The notes: a model not told the origin generated them from the sequence alone. Counted from the stretch's first letter, positions 29,697-40,727 are shown. The stretch: 64,000 nt of DNA from Ignavibacteriota bacterium (GCA_963778945.1 CAVZWL010000019.1:128082-192081), one strand, 5' to 3'. Numbers and translations are program-made.

Positions 29697-31157
29697 ATGA
29701 CATTACAAATTTATAATACTCTGACCCGGCAAAAAGAAGAGTTCGTTCCTCTGCACCAAGGGCTTGTGGGAATGTACGTTTGCGGACCGACGGTGTACAG
29801 CAATTCGCATATCGGACATGCCAAGAGTTATGTGTCCTTCGATGTGATGGTCAGGTATCTGCGGTACTGCGGTTATAAAGTGCTGTATATCCAAAACATT
29901 ACGGATGTCGGCCATTTGACCGACGATGCAGATGAAGGCGAAGACAAATTAGTCAAACAGGCGCGTATCGACCGCATGCATCCGATGCAAATTGCCGAAC
30001 TCATTACACACAGCTATTTTGAAGATATGGATGCTTTGAACGTGCTGCGTCCGGATATTTCTCCTCGTGCATCGGGACATATCATCGAGCAGATTGAGAT
30101 CATCCGAAAACTCATCGAAAACGGATTTGCCTACGAAACGGGCGGCTCGGTATATTTCGATGTTGCAAAATTTCCGTCCTATGGAAAACTATCCGGCAGG
30201 ACGCTTGATGAATCGCTGGAAGGCACACGTGTTGAAACGCGCTCGGAAAAACGGCATTCGGCGGATTTTGCTCTTTGGAAAAAAGCGGAAGGCGGGCATA
30301 TCATGCGATGGCCGAGCCCGTGGGGAGAAGGATTTCCCGGATGGCATATCGAATGCTCGGCGATGTCGATGAAATATTTGGGACAAAGTTTCGATATTCA
30401 CGGCGGCGGAATGGACAATCAGTTTCCCCATCACGAGTGCGAAATCGCGCAGAGCGAGGCGGCGACAGGCAGGCCGTTCGTCAAATACTGGATTCACAAT
30501 AATCTGGTAACGGTCAACGGCAAAAAAATGTCGAAGTCGCTCGGCAACTTTATAACGCTGAAAGATGCGTTCAGAAAATTCGATCCTGCCGTCGTACGAT
30601 TCTTAATCCTGCAAAGCCACTATCGGAGTACGCTGGATCTGAGCGACGAATCCCTGCTTGGAGCGAAAACAGGATTGGAAAAATTATTCAATACCATTCG
30701 CAATGTGCGTGAGGCGGTAAAGAAAACAAATAAGAACCAGCATACGGGGCAGGCTGCTCGCGATTTCTCCGCATTTAAAAACCGATTTCTTGAAGCAATG
30801 AACGACGATTTTAACACCCCGCAGGCAGTTGCCGTTCTTTTCGATCTTGCGCGGGAAGCAAATCAGCTCCTCCATGCGGAGGCTAAGCCGGGAACGGAAA
30901 CACTTATCGCACTCGATGTTTTATTCTCGGAACTGGGCGGGATGATTCTCGGCATTGTGACAAACGATATCAGCGCTGCGGCGGGGAATGAAAACGACGG
31001 AGCAAAATTCATAGAGATACTCTTAAATGCCCGGCAAAAGGCAAAACTAGAAAAAGCATGGTGGGCGGCGGATTTTATTCGGAAGGAACTGGAAGCAGCA
31101 GGTATTCGGCTGGAAGATACAAAAGACGGAACGATCTGGCGGAAAATCGATTTTTAA
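29697..31157 (+). CDS. cysS: cysteine--tRNA ligase
   Basis: HIGH motif (NSHIGHAKSY), KMSKS motif (GKKMSKSLGNF), zinc ligands WHIECSAM. GGAGA RBS before ATG 29697. Confidence 0.95.
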   Translation: MTLQIYNTLTRQKEEFVPLHQGLVGMYVCGPTVYSNSHIGHAKSYVSFDVMVRYLRYCGYKVLYIQNITDVGHLTDDADEGEDKLVKQARIDRMHPMQIAELITHSYFEDMDALNVLRPDISPRASGHIIEQIEIIRKLIENGFAYETGGSVYFDVAKFPSYGKLSGRTLDESLEGTRVETRSEKRHSADFALWKKAEGGHIMRWPSPWGEGFPGWHIECSAMSMKYLGQSFDIHGGGMDNQFPHHECEIAQSEAATGRPFVKYWIHNNLVTVNGKKMSKSLGNFITLKDAFRKFDPAVVRFLILQSHYRSTLDLSDESLLGAKTGLEKLFNTIRNVREAVKKTNKNQHTGQAARDFSAFKNRFLEAMNDDFNTPQAVAVLFDLAREANQLLHAEAKPGTETLIALDVLFSELGGMILGIVTNDISAAAGNENDGAKFIEILLNARQKAKLEKAWWAADFIRKELEAAGIRLEDTKDGTIWRKIDF

Positions 31158-31174
31158 GTAAGGAGTAAAGCGGT

Positions 31175-32680
31175 TTGGTCAAGATTATAGAAAACGGTTT
31201 TGTCGTTTCGGGAAGCGCAAAAAATCAGATTGGCTGTATGACCATCATTGTTCAGGGGGACCGTATACTCGAAATCGGCAAACGCGCCGATGCGGTGAAG
31301 GCACAGTTCGCGAATACAGAGGTTATCGATGCATCAGGAAAAATTATTTTTCCCGGGTTTATTAATGCGCATTACCGCGGGGAATCGTTTATTCTCAGGT
31401 TTCTGACGGCAGCACTGCCTGCAGCACGGTGGGGAAAAACGCCGTCCATACGTGCGGCGATCGATTATCTCCAGTCCAAGGCGGCGTATGAGGAACTGCT
31501 TTCCATGTACCGCATCGCCTATTTTTCCGCCCTAAAATCCGGTATAACGACGATGTGCGAATTCGGCATGGATTATCTGGATGTCTCTCTGCGTGCTTCG
31601 TTTGAAGCGCTGCGGCAGACGGAAATACGCGGAACGGTCGGCGTGCATAACGGAGACCAGATTGAAGCGGCACATTCGTTGAAAAGCGCTTCTATTCAAT
31701 TTGCTGCAGTAGCGCCGGACGAGGATGAACTGACGCTCTATAATCTGCAGTCGATGGTTCGTATGGCGAACGAAAATCGATGGCCGCTGATTCTTCGCTT
31801 GGGAGAAACACAGCGGGCTGCGGATCTTTTGAAAAAAAACTTCAATAAAAGCGCGGTAAAATTGTGCAACGATTTTCATCTTTTTGAATATTCGCTTCAA
31901 CTTGTGAATATGAACTGCTTTGAAGCGGGAGATATTGAAATTCTGGCAAAAAATAATACGCCGCTTATTTCAGGTCCGCTCTCGCTGCTCAAGAAAGGAT
32001 TTGCGCTGCCCCCGTATGCCGACTTGAAAAAGATCGGCGTTCCGCTGGCGCTTGCTTCCGATTGGGGAGCGGTAGATCCGTTCGCGACTATGCGTTCGTA
32101 TGCTCAAATCCAGGGACTGCTCGGTGTGGAAATCGATACATCGTTCGATCTTCTTGCCCTGCATACGTCTCATGCCGCGCGTGCACTAAAAAAAGAGTCC
32201 GAGATCGGCGCCATCGAACCGGGCAAGAAGGCCGATATGGTTTTTTGCTCGGCTGCAGGATTGAAATTTCAGCCGTTCCTCAATCAGGAATTCGAAGAAC
32301 GGACACTCAATGTTTTACTCGATGAATTGTCGGGACAGGACGTGTTCGATGTGATGATCGGGGGCGAGTTTTTTATCCGTGAAAAAAATATTTTGACGTA
32401 CTCTGAAGAAGATTTGATCTATGAAGAAAAAAAGCTTCTTCAGAAGCTGCTGTCGCTTACAGCGAAGCAGCCTGATCGGCCGAAAGCTGCAGAAGTTATC
32501 CCTTTTACGCCATCCACCCCGCGGGCTTCCGCGGATGACCTGCCTTTTGATGAAGGATACCGCGTCGTAAAGAAGGATGATCAAAATAAAAATATATCTG
32601 CACCGAAGCGGGAACAGTCCGAAAAAACTCAGAACGAATTGGGCAAAGATGTCCGGCGCGTGTTCGGGGATGATGAATAA
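31175..32680 (+). CDS. amidohydrolase-superfamily protein with degenerate metal-binding motif and charged C-terminal tail
   Basis: TTG start. Typical N-terminal beta-sandwich (IIENGFVV...DASGKIIFPGFINAH), but HxH reads H-Y-R. The last ~90 aa are K/E/D/P-rich. Confidence 0.7.
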   Translation: MVKIIENGFVVSGSAKNQIGCMTIIVQGDRILEIGKRADAVKAQFANTEVIDASGKIIFPGFINAHYRGESFILRFLTAALPAARWGKTPSIRAAIDYLQSKAAYEELLSMYRIAYFSALKSGITTMCEFGMDYLDVSLRASFEALRQTEIRGTVGVHNGDQIEAAHSLKSASIQFAAVAPDEDELTLYNLQSMVRMANENRWPLILRLGETQRAADLLKKNFNKSAVKLCNDFHLFEYSLQLVNMNCFEAGDIEILAKNNTPLISGPLSLLKKGFALPPYADLKKIGVPLALASDWGAVDPFATMRSYAQIQGLLGVEIDTSFDLLALHTSHAARALKKESEIGAIEPGKKADMVFCSAAGLKFQPFLNQEFEERTLNVLLDELSGQDVFDVMIGGEFFIREKNILTYSEEDLIYEEKKLLQKLLSLTAKQPDRPKAAEVIPFTPSTPRASADDLPFDEGYRVVKKDDQNKNISAPKREQSEKTQNELGKDVRRVFGDDE

Positions 32681-32698
32681 AAAAAAGAGGAGAGCAAC

Positions 32699-33481
32699 GT
32701 GAAAAAAATTCTGGCTGTTTTTCTTGCATCGGCGCTTTTTCAAATATTGCCGGCGTCGCTGCTGGCGCAAAGTTATTCCGGCGAAGGCGCAACCAGCGAA
32801 CCGACTATGCTCATCGATAAGCCGACCGCAGGATTACTGAAGCGGGGAACCTATTCGGTTTCGTCTGAATTTTACGAACAGGGGGGGGTGCTGATGAGTC
32901 TTGCCGTAGGAATTTTCGAGCCGTTCTCGTTCGGAATTTCGTACGGGGGGACAGATGTCATAGGACATAACAAAATCGCCATGGACCCTATGCCCGGAGT
33001 CCAGGCAAAGCTGCGCATTTTCAACGAGAGCGCCGCAATGCCCGCTATAGCGCTCGGATTCGATTCCCAGGGAAAAGGACCATTTCTCAAAGCCGACTCG
33101 CTGCAGCGATATACTATCAAATCTTCAGGCGTGTACGCAGTCGCAAGCAAGAATTATGCTATTCTCGGAAACTTTAGCATTCACGGAGGTGTCAATCGTT
33201 CGCTGGAACAGGCGGACGGCGATTCCAATCTTGATATGTTCGTCGGAGTAGAAAAATCTGTAGGGAACGATATTTCATTTATGCTTGAATACGATTTTGC
33301 AACCAACGACAATAAAGACCAGGCACTTGGGAAAGGGAACGGTTATCTAAATTTTGGCTTACGATGGGCATGGGGAAAAGGCGTTACGGTCGGATTTAAC
33401 CTAAAGGACGTAACAAGGAATCAGGATAACGTCAATATTGGCAATAGAACGCTCCAAATCGATTATATTGGCAGCTTTTAA
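32699..33481 (+). CDS. putative outer-membrane beta-barrel protein
   Basis: GTG start after an AGGAG RBS. Signal peptide ...LPASLLAQS, alternating-hydrophobic strands, C-terminal ...QIDYIGSF. Confidence 0.6.
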   Translation: MKKILAVFLASALFQILPASLLAQSYSGEGATSEPTMLIDKPTAGLLKRGTYSVSSEFYEQGGVLMSLAVGIFEPFSFGISYGGTDVIGHNKIAMDPMPGVQAKLRIFNESAAMPAIALGFDSQGKGPFLKADSLQRYTIKSSGVYAVASKNYAILGNFSIHGGVNRSLEQADGDSNLDMFVGVEKSVGNDISFMLEYDFATNDNKDQALGKGNGYLNFGLRWAWGKGVTVGFNLKDVTRNQDNVNIGNRTLQIDYIGSF

Positions 33482-33658
33482 TGTTCAGTATATGATACAG
33501 AAGCGATTAGTTTTGCAGACACAGACGCAAGAGATGCTGTTATATATGTCTAAAAAACATTAAAAACGACTCAATTTCCAATGTTTTTTATTTATATCTC
33601 TGGCAAAGAATTTGCTTTATATGAAGTTAGAGCAAGAGACAAGATAAAGGATACAGAT

Positions 33659-34543
33659 ATGAAAAAATTTTTAATTTTAACCGCGATATCGGCTGGTATA
33701 GTGTCGATATCATTATTTTTTTCCGGTTGTTATACGCAACTGACTGCCGATCGATTCGAACAGTCTGTTTATGCGGAACATTCTGTTCCGGATGTGGAAC
33801 CGGTTGATACCAGCGCTGCAGCGGATACGTCGGGCTATGACGATGAGTATCAGCCGGATTATTCCAGCTGGTATTATTATTATCCGCGCTGGAATTCATC
33901 CTGGTACGACGGATATGCATATGCTCCGCCCGGATCTGTAATTTATGGAGATGGATGGTGCTATTCAGGATTCTATTCTCCCTGGTGGTGGGGACCGGCA
34001 TGGTACTCTCCGTTCTATTTTGGATATGGCTGGTACGGTCATTCTTATGGTTATTATCACGGGTATCATGATCATGGATATTTTGCTGGAAGGGGTCCGG
34101 GGCGGAATTTCGGGCCTGGACGCACCAATGGTTTTACGGCACGCAGTTTTGGAACAAGATATCAGCAATCTTCAATGCGAGGTAATGTAACGACTTCTGC
34201 ATCAGGTAATGTATCGGCAGGAAGGACTGCGAACGCTGCTTCAAGGAATAGCGCATCGCAGAATGTTACGACATCTTCCAGGCAGTACAGTCCGTCTGTT
34301 CGCCAGCCGCAGTATCGGAATCAAGTGAATACCGGTACCCGCAGTTACCGAACCGGATCCAACCGTCAAACGAGCGGCCGGCGATACGGATCTCCGAACA
34401 GCACAAACCGCTATCGCAGTTCACAATCAGTCCGTTCCGGGGCGCAAAGAGTTTCTCCGCAAAGTTCGTCCTCGGGTTATTCCCGCTCCTCAGGCGGCGG
34501 ACGAAGCGGCAGTGCACGCAACAACGGTGGACGAGGACGCTGA
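33659..34543 (+). CDS. low-complexity lipoprotein: W/Y/G-rich core plus S/R/N/G-rich basic tail
   Basis: ATG 33659 with lipobox LFFSGC. Core: YYYYPRWNSSWYDGYAY...YSPWWWGPAWYSPFYFGYGWYGHSYGYYHGYHDHGYF. About 150-aa tail ending RSSGGGRSGSARNNGGRGR. Confidence 0.7.
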   Translation: MKKFLILTAISAGIVSISLFFSGCYTQLTADRFEQSVYAEHSVPDVEPVDTSAAADTSGYDDEYQPDYSSWYYYYPRWNSSWYDGYAYAPPGSVIYGDGWCYSGFYSPWWWGPAWYSPFYFGYGWYGHSYGYYHGYHDHGYFAGRGPGRNFGPGRTNGFTARSFGTRYQQSSMRGNVTTSASGNVSAGRTANAASRNSASQNVTTSSRQYSPSVRQPQYRNQVNTGTRSYRTGSNRQTSGRRYGSPNSTNRYRSSQSVRSGAQRVSPQSSSSGYSRSSGGGRSGSARNNGGRGR

Positions 34544-34591
34544 TTGAGTTCGCTTTGAATGGATAATTGTTCAATTGTTATGGAGTAGATT

Positions 34592-36022
34592 ATGAATTGC
34601 AGATTGTTTTTTCGCGGAATACTCGGGTTAACGATTATTTCGTCCATAGGCCTTTATGCGCAGCTTGCAGAAGATGCTTTGCGTTATTCGCAGACGGGTC
34701 TCGGTGTAGGCGCGCAAACCCAAAGTCTTGCAGGAACGTCGGTTGGAATTGCCAATGACTTTTCCGCACTTTTCTCGAATCCGGCGGGACTCGGCCAGCA
34801 GCGTGAATTTGAATTTTCCGCCGGTCTTTCGAATTTTTCCGCCACAAATGACGTATCTTTTGATAATAGTAAAGTTTCTTCTACGGCCAATTCAATGAAC
34901 ATCGATAATCTCGGTTTGGTTTACCCGATTGCAACGAGGCGGGGAAGCCTGACTCTTGCCTTTGGATACGGGCATGTTGCCAATTATGACGGATCCGCGC
35001 AATTCGGAGGTTTCAATATCGGGAATTCTTTAAGTCAGTCTATTGATGGCGGCATTCTGAGTGACCTTTATTTAAGCGACACACTTGGACATTCTTTCTT
35101 GAACAGAGGGAACCTTCAACAGAATGCCGTGGTCTCGGAAAAAGGCGGAATGAATCATTGGTCGTTCGGCGGCGCCATGGAAGTATCGCCGAATCTTTTT
35201 GCCGGTATCTCGCTGAACTTCGCTTCCGGAACGTATACATACGACTGCCTCTACACGGAAACCGATACGAAAAATAATTACACGGTTTTTCCGGCAGATG
35301 TCAATCAATTCAGTTATGAACAGATGTACCGCGACGATTTAAGCGGGATCAATGCGCTGTTTGGTCTATTGTTCAGAAAAGAAAATAAATTCACCGTCGG
35401 TATCAGTCTCCGCACGCCGACCGTCTATAATATATCCGAGGATTATTCGCAGACGTATGGAAGTTCATTCGATCCGACATTGTCCAATCCGGCGGGAGAT
35501 CAATATGCAGACGTGTCAGCGTCAAATATTTCATACCGTGTCACGACACCTATGGTGCTCAGCGGCGGTTTCTCCGTAAATCCGATAGGATGGCTGATGC
35601 TGGCAGGCGATGCCGAATATACCGATTGGACGCAGGTCTCGATGGAATCGGATGATCCTGCGGTAGATGCAGGATTGCAGCAGGAAAATCAAATTGCAAA
35701 AACTCTTTTTCGTGCTACCACCAATCTTCGGGGCGGTGCGGAAGTAACTCTTTTTGATATCGGCTTGAAACTCCGGGCCGGCATATCATGGAAACCCTCT
35801 CCTTATGCAGCCGATGCAAACACTCATGATTATGACCAATACTATTATACCGCAGGCGCCGGGATACAGGTCGATAGAAATACATGGATCAATCTCGCAT
35901 GCGCTTTGGGCTATCAAAAGAGCTATCGCCAGACTGAGGATCTTTTCAGCGTTCCGGGTCTCATAACGAGCGAGAACATCAATACAACTCTCATTAATGT
36001 TTCGTTGAGCTACAAATTCTAA
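34592..36022 (+). CDS. FadL/TodX-like outer-membrane beta-barrel (tentative)
   Basis: Signal peptide, then DALRYSQTGLGVGAQTQSLAGTSVGIANDFSALFSNPAGLG. Many amphipathic strands, C-terminal LINVSLSYKF. Confidence 0.6.
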   Translation: MNCRLFFRGILGLTIISSIGLYAQLAEDALRYSQTGLGVGAQTQSLAGTSVGIANDFSALFSNPAGLGQQREFEFSAGLSNFSATNDVSFDNSKVSSTANSMNIDNLGLVYPIATRRGSLTLAFGYGHVANYDGSAQFGGFNIGNSLSQSIDGGILSDLYLSDTLGHSFLNRGNLQQNAVVSEKGGMNHWSFGGAMEVSPNLFAGISLNFASGTYTYDCLYTETDTKNNYTVFPADVNQFSYEQMYRDDLSGINALFGLLFRKENKFTVGISLRTPTVYNISEDYSQTYGSSFDPTLSNPAGDQYADVSASNISYRVTTPMVLSGGFSVNPIGWLMLAGDAEYTDWTQVSMESDDPAVDAGLQQENQIAKTLFRATTNLRGGAEVTLFDIGLKLRAGISWKPSPYAADANTHDYDQYYYTAGAGIQVDRNTWINLACALGYQKSYRQTEDLFSVPGLITSENINTTLINVSLSYKF

Positions 36023-36060
36023 AAATTCTTGCAAGCGCTTATAAGTTTGCGTAAATTAAA

Positions 36061-36094
36061 TCCGTCCCGATAAAAATCGGGGCGGATTTTTTTT
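36061..36094 (+). terminator. rho-independent terminator
   Basis: 10-bp stem TCCGTCCCGA / TCGGGGCGGA (one G-U pair), 6-nt loop, followed by T8. Confidence 0.9.
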
Positions 36095-36104
36095 GGGGTG
36101 CAGC

Positions 36105-38523
36105 ATGCGAAATTATACTCGGATTATTATAGGCCTCTCAGCGGTTGCCGCAGTTGTATTGATAGCAGTCGTTTTACTGAGTTATTATCTGGTGACGAAA
36201 TCGTTTCCCGCGGCCGATGGGAAAGAAAAAATCCGCGGTCTGAAAGCAGAAGTGACTGTCTATCGGGACGAATACGGCGTTCCGCATATCTTTGCCGAGT
36301 CGGATCATGACGTCTATGCTGCAGTCGGTTATGTCCATGCTCAGGAACGTCTCTGGCAGATGGAACTGGAGCGTCGCGTCGGAATGGGACGTCTTTCGGA
36401 AATTCTAGGCCCGCCTGCGGTTTCAGTCGATAAGATGTTCCGCACACTCGGGCTTTATCAGCACGTGCAAAAAATTGCCGCGAATCTGGATCAGCCGACA
36501 CGTGATGCCCTCCAGGCGTACACAGACGGGATCAATCAATTCATCGCAACTCACACCGGGAAGTATCCGCTGGAATTCGATATGCTCTCGTTCGAACCGG
36601 AACCATGGACGATCGAACATTCGCTTCTCATCAGCCGGCTTATGGCATGGGAAATGAATTTTTCCCGCTGGAACGATTTGCTTCTGGCTGCACTGGTAGG
36701 GCGGCTGGGAGAAGAGAAAGCGAAGGAGGTTTTTCCATGGTGGCCTTCGGATGCGCCGCTCATCATTCCGGAAACAATGAAAGGGAAAGATATTGCCTCG
36801 GACCTTAAGCCGTTTTTCGATGCGGACCGTGAGGCACAAACGATTCTTGGCTTGGGCGGCATGCAGTCCGGAAGCAATGCATGGGTTGTTTCCGGTGCAA
36901 AGTCGGAAACAGGCAAACCGATTGTCGCGAACGATCCGCATTTAGTTCTTATGGCTCCTGCCCGGTGGTATGAACTCCATATCGTATCTCCGGAACAGGA
37001 TGTTGCCGGTATGTCGATTCCCGGCGTGCCGTTTATCGTTGCGGGAAGAAATAGACATATCGCATGGGGAATAACGAACGCGATGATGGATGATGAAGAT
37101 TTTTATATCGAACAAGTCGATTCCATTCAGCGTCCTTCCAAATACATGTTCAACGGCGCCTGGCGGCCTATGGCCGAAGTAATCGATACGATCTTCGTTA
37201 AGGACAGTCCTGCCATATTTTTTTCGGTCTTCAAAACACATCGCGGCCCGATTGTCAACAAAATGGAACCGGGTGCGGCGTTTGCGGGTTCGCTTATTTC
37301 CATGTCCTGGACCGGCTACGAAGTGTCAAACGAAGCGGGCACGTTTTACCGCATCAACCGGGCGAAGAATTGGACGGAATTTACCGAAGCGTTAAAATCG
37401 TATGCTGTCCCGGCGCAAAATTTTGTCTATGGCGATGATGCAGATACCATCGGATATTACACAGGAGGAAAATTGCCGATACGAAGCATGCGGAATGCAA
37501 CGCTGCCGGCAGACGGGACAAACGGGGAGAACGACTGGAAAGGTTTCGTCCCGTTCCAGCAGATGCCGCATTGCGTCAACCCGCCGCAGGGCTTTATTGC
37601 AACGGCAAATAATAAAATCGTCGATGATTCATATCCATACTTTATTTCGAATAACTGGGAGCCCCCCTGGCGCTCTATGCGGCTGAACGAAGCGCTCCGG
37701 GAACAGCCGCGCTTTTCAGTCAAAGATTTTGAAAAATTGCAATGCGACGTCTTATCGCTGCAGGCGCGGGAAATCGTCCCGATTATTCTTCATGCGTTCG
37801 ACAGTACCAGCGGTCGATAATGCGAATGTCAAAACGGCTCTGGCATATCTCCGTAACTGGAACGACGAAACAAGAAAAGAAGATGTTGCGACAACAATAT
37901 TTCAGGCGGCGATGGATCGTATTATTCGCAATACGTTTGCCGATGAGATGGGCGAGCAGCTTTTTGCTCTTTATGACACACTTGCCAGCACACCTTTGAC
38001 GGTTATTACACGACTTTTAAAAGAACCGAATTCCCCCTGGTTTGATGATTGCCGTACTCCGGAAGTCGAAACGAAAGATATGATTATTCGTAAAAGTCTG
38101 GCCGAAGCGGTAGCGGATTTACAGAGCCGGCTGGGAGGAGAACCCAAAGAATGGCAGTGGGGAAGACTTCATACGATCACGTTCTCTCATGTCTTTGGAG
38201 TTCAGCCGCTGCTGGGAAGATTATTTAATGTCGGGCCGTACCCAGTCGGCGGTACGCATGCAACAGTCAGCGTCGGCCAGTATTTTCTCTCGCAGCCGTT
38301 CAAAAGCCGTGTCGGCCCCTCCATGCGTCAGATTATGAATCTTGCAGACATCAATGATACGCGCGTCGTTCTTCCGCCGGGCCAATCCGGAAATCTTTTT
38401 TATAAGCATTATAAAGATCAGGTTATGCTCTGGCTCAACGGAGCTTATCGCGATAGGCCTATGGAGAAAGAAAAAATAGAAGCGGCTTGCTCCGATGTTT
38501 TACGACTAAGGCCTGCAGAATGA
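36105..38523 (+). CDS. penicillin/AHL acylase family Ntn-hydrolase, one frameshift
   Basis: TM/signal anchor, VYRDEYGVPHIFAESDHD, autoprocessing site GGMQSGSNAWVVSG, ANDPHL. ORFs 36093..37820 and 37729..38523 join near 37800-37810. Confidence 0.88.
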
Positions 38524-39269
38524 CCATATCGAAAAAACTCGAATCTCTCTTGAAAACTGTCGATTCGATTTGCGTTCTGACAGGCGCAGGCATTTCGGCA
38601 GAAAGCGGTGTTGCAACATTCCGCGGAACGGACGGGTTATGGTCGAAGCTGAAACCGGAAGAACTGGCTAACTTCGATGCGTTTCTGCGCAATCCGGATA
38701 TTGTGTGGGAATGGTATAATCATCGGAAGCAGATTATTCATGACGTGAAGCCGAATGCGGCGCATTATGCTCTTGCAGCGATGGAGCCGCTGGTTAAAGA
38801 TTTTACGCTCACCACACAGAACATCGACAACCTTCATGCCCGTGCCGGCAGCAAGCGGGTTTTAGAACTGCATGGGAACATAGAACGCAGCTACTGCGTC
38901 ACGTGCGGTAAATACGTGCCGGATGTTGTTGTAACAAAGGAGAAGAGAATTCCGCATTGTGACGTCTGCGGCGGCGTTATTCGCCCGGATGTCGTATGGT
39001 TCGGAGAAATGCTGCCGCAGGATGTTCTGGAAGAATCGACAAGCGCAGCGGCTCGATGCGGACTCTTCCTGACGATCGGTACTTCGGCTGTGGTCTATCC
39101 CGCAGCAGGATTGCCGTTGAAGGCGCGGGAGAGCGGCGCGTACGTCGTGGAGATTAATTTGGAAAAAACCGAAATATCTCATATGGTCGACGAATCGCTC
39201 ATCGGCAAAGCGGGAGAAATATTGCCTCAGCTTGCGGATATTATGAAAACTTCTCGGAGGAGTACATGA
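38520..39269 (+). CDS. cobB: NAD-dependent protein deacylase (Sir2 family)
   Basis: VLTGAGISAESGVATFRG, TQNIDNLH, zinc CVTC...CDVCGG. ATGA overlap with the acylase stop. Confidence 0.9.
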   Translation: MTISKKLESLLKTVDSICVLTGAGISAESGVATFRGTDGLWSKLKPEELANFDAFLRNPDIVWEWYNHRKQIIHDVKPNAAHYALAAMEPLVKDFTLTTQNIDNLHARAGSKRVLELHGNIERSYCVTCGKYVPDVVVTKEKRIPHCDVCGGVIRPDVVWFGEMLPQDVLEESTSAAARCGLFLTIGTSAVVYPAAGLPLKARESGAYVVEINLEKTEISHMVDESLIGKAGEILPQLADIMKTSRRST

Positions 39270-40705
39270 AAAATACGACAGCCAACGGGAGAACAAAAAT
39301 TGTCTGTACTATCGGGCCCGCAACGCAGTCGGTTGAGCAGCTCGTTCGATTGATCGATGCGGGAATGGACGTTGCCCGGTTGAATTTTTCCCACGGCTCG
39401 CACGACGACCACCTGGCTGCCATGCAGAATATTCGTGAGGCCTGCAAACAAACAGGCGAGCACATTGCCGTTTTGCAGGATTTGTGCGGACCGAAAATTC
39501 GCACCGGTACGCTGAAGAATAAAAAAGCGGAATTAAAAGAAGGATCGACGATCGTCTTTACGACGGAAGAAATCGAAGGCGATGAGCATCGTGTGAGCAC
39601 GGCATATAAAGAGCTGCCGCAAGATGTCAAGCCGGGCGACAGTATTCTGCTGGATGACGGCAAGCTGTGTGTCAGAGTCGTTTCAACGGCGAAGACCGAG
39701 GTCGTATGCACGGTGGAAACAGGCGGAATTCTCGGCGAGCATAAAGGTATGAACCTGCCCGGCGTAAAACTGAGTACTCCGTCGTTAACGGAAAAGGATA
39801 TTGATGATCTGGAATTTGGGCTCAAGAACGATGTCGATTATATCGCCCTTTCCTTTGTCCGTTCTGCAGACGATATCCGCTCGCTGCGCGAGCATTGCCG
39901 GATGCTCGTGAAACACTTTGTGCCTATCATCGCAAAAATTGAAATGGCGGACGCTATTCGAGCAATCGACGAGATTATCAGCGAATCGGATGCCGTCATG
40001 GTTGCCCGCGGGGATCTGGGAGTGGAAATGCCGCCGGAGGAAGTGCCGGTCCTGCAGAAAATGATCGTACGCAAATGCAATGAAGCCGGCAAACCGGTCA
40101 TCATTGCAACGCAGATGCTGGAATCCATGATTGAAAACCCGCGTCCGACACGGGCAGAAGCGAGCGACGTGGCAAATGCAGTTCTGGATGGCGCGGATGC
40201 GGTCATGCTGAGCGCCGAGACCTCGGTGGGAAAATATCCCATCGAAACGGTCAGGACAATGAATAACATCATCCTGCGCACAGAGCAGCAAATTCCGGAA
40301 AAGGGGATTATTGAAAAAAGACCGTTCGTAAAGGACGATACTGTTCTCGATGCCGTGGCGCAATCAGCTTGTGTTCTTGCAGAGAAAATAAACGCCTCTG
40401 CTCTTATACCGATAACGCATTCCGGAGCCACGGCCTGGCGTCTCAGCCGGTTCCGTCCTTCTGCGCGTATCATCGCCGTCACGGGAGAAGAACACGTACT
40501 GCGGCGGCTCAATCTGGTATGGGGTGTTCGGGGAATTGTCCTGACCGACTACATCGGCAGCGCCGATACCATTTTGCATCGTATAAAGGAAAAGCTCAAG
40601 CAGGAAGGATATCTGAAGAGCGGAGATTATGTCATCTTTACGATTGGAATTCCCCTTATGGCACGCGGGTTGACCGATACTATCAACGTAGAACGTGTGG
40701 ATTAA
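39266..40705 (+). CDS. pyk: pyruvate kinase
   Basis: KIVCTIGPA, MDVARLNFSHG, IIAKIE, MVARGDLGVE, ATQMLESM motifs. GGAGG RBS. Confidence 0.95.
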   Translation: MKNTTANGRTKIVCTIGPATQSVEQLVRLIDAGMDVARLNFSHGSHDDHLAAMQNIREACKQTGEHIAVLQDLCGPKIRTGTLKNKKAELKEGSTIVFTTEEIEGDEHRVSTAYKELPQDVKPGDSILLDDGKLCVRVVSTAKTEVVCTVETGGILGEHKGMNLPGVKLSTPSLTEKDIDDLEFGLKNDVDYIALSFVRSADDIRSLREHCRMLVKHFVPIIAKIEMADAIRAIDEIISESDAVMVARGDLGVEMPPEEVPVLQKMIVRKCNEAGKPVIIATQMLESMIENPRPTRAEASDVANAVLDGADAVMLSAETSVGKYPIETVRTMNNIILRTEQQIPEKGIIEKRPFVKDDTVLDAVAQSACVLAEKINASALIPITHSGATAWRLSRFRPSARIIAVTGEEHVLRRLNLVWGVRGIVLTDYIGSADTILHRIKEKLKQEGYLKSGDYVIFTIGIPLMARGLTDTINVERVD

Positions 40706-40727
40706 ATAATTCGGAGGTAAAAATAAT

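Noticed and set aside
39241-40512. Two long minus-strand ORFs (194 and 224 aa) plus a 192-aa ORF inside pyk
   Set aside because: They lie antisense to an unambiguous pyruvate kinase, with S/R/A-rich translations typical of antisense frames. No independent support.
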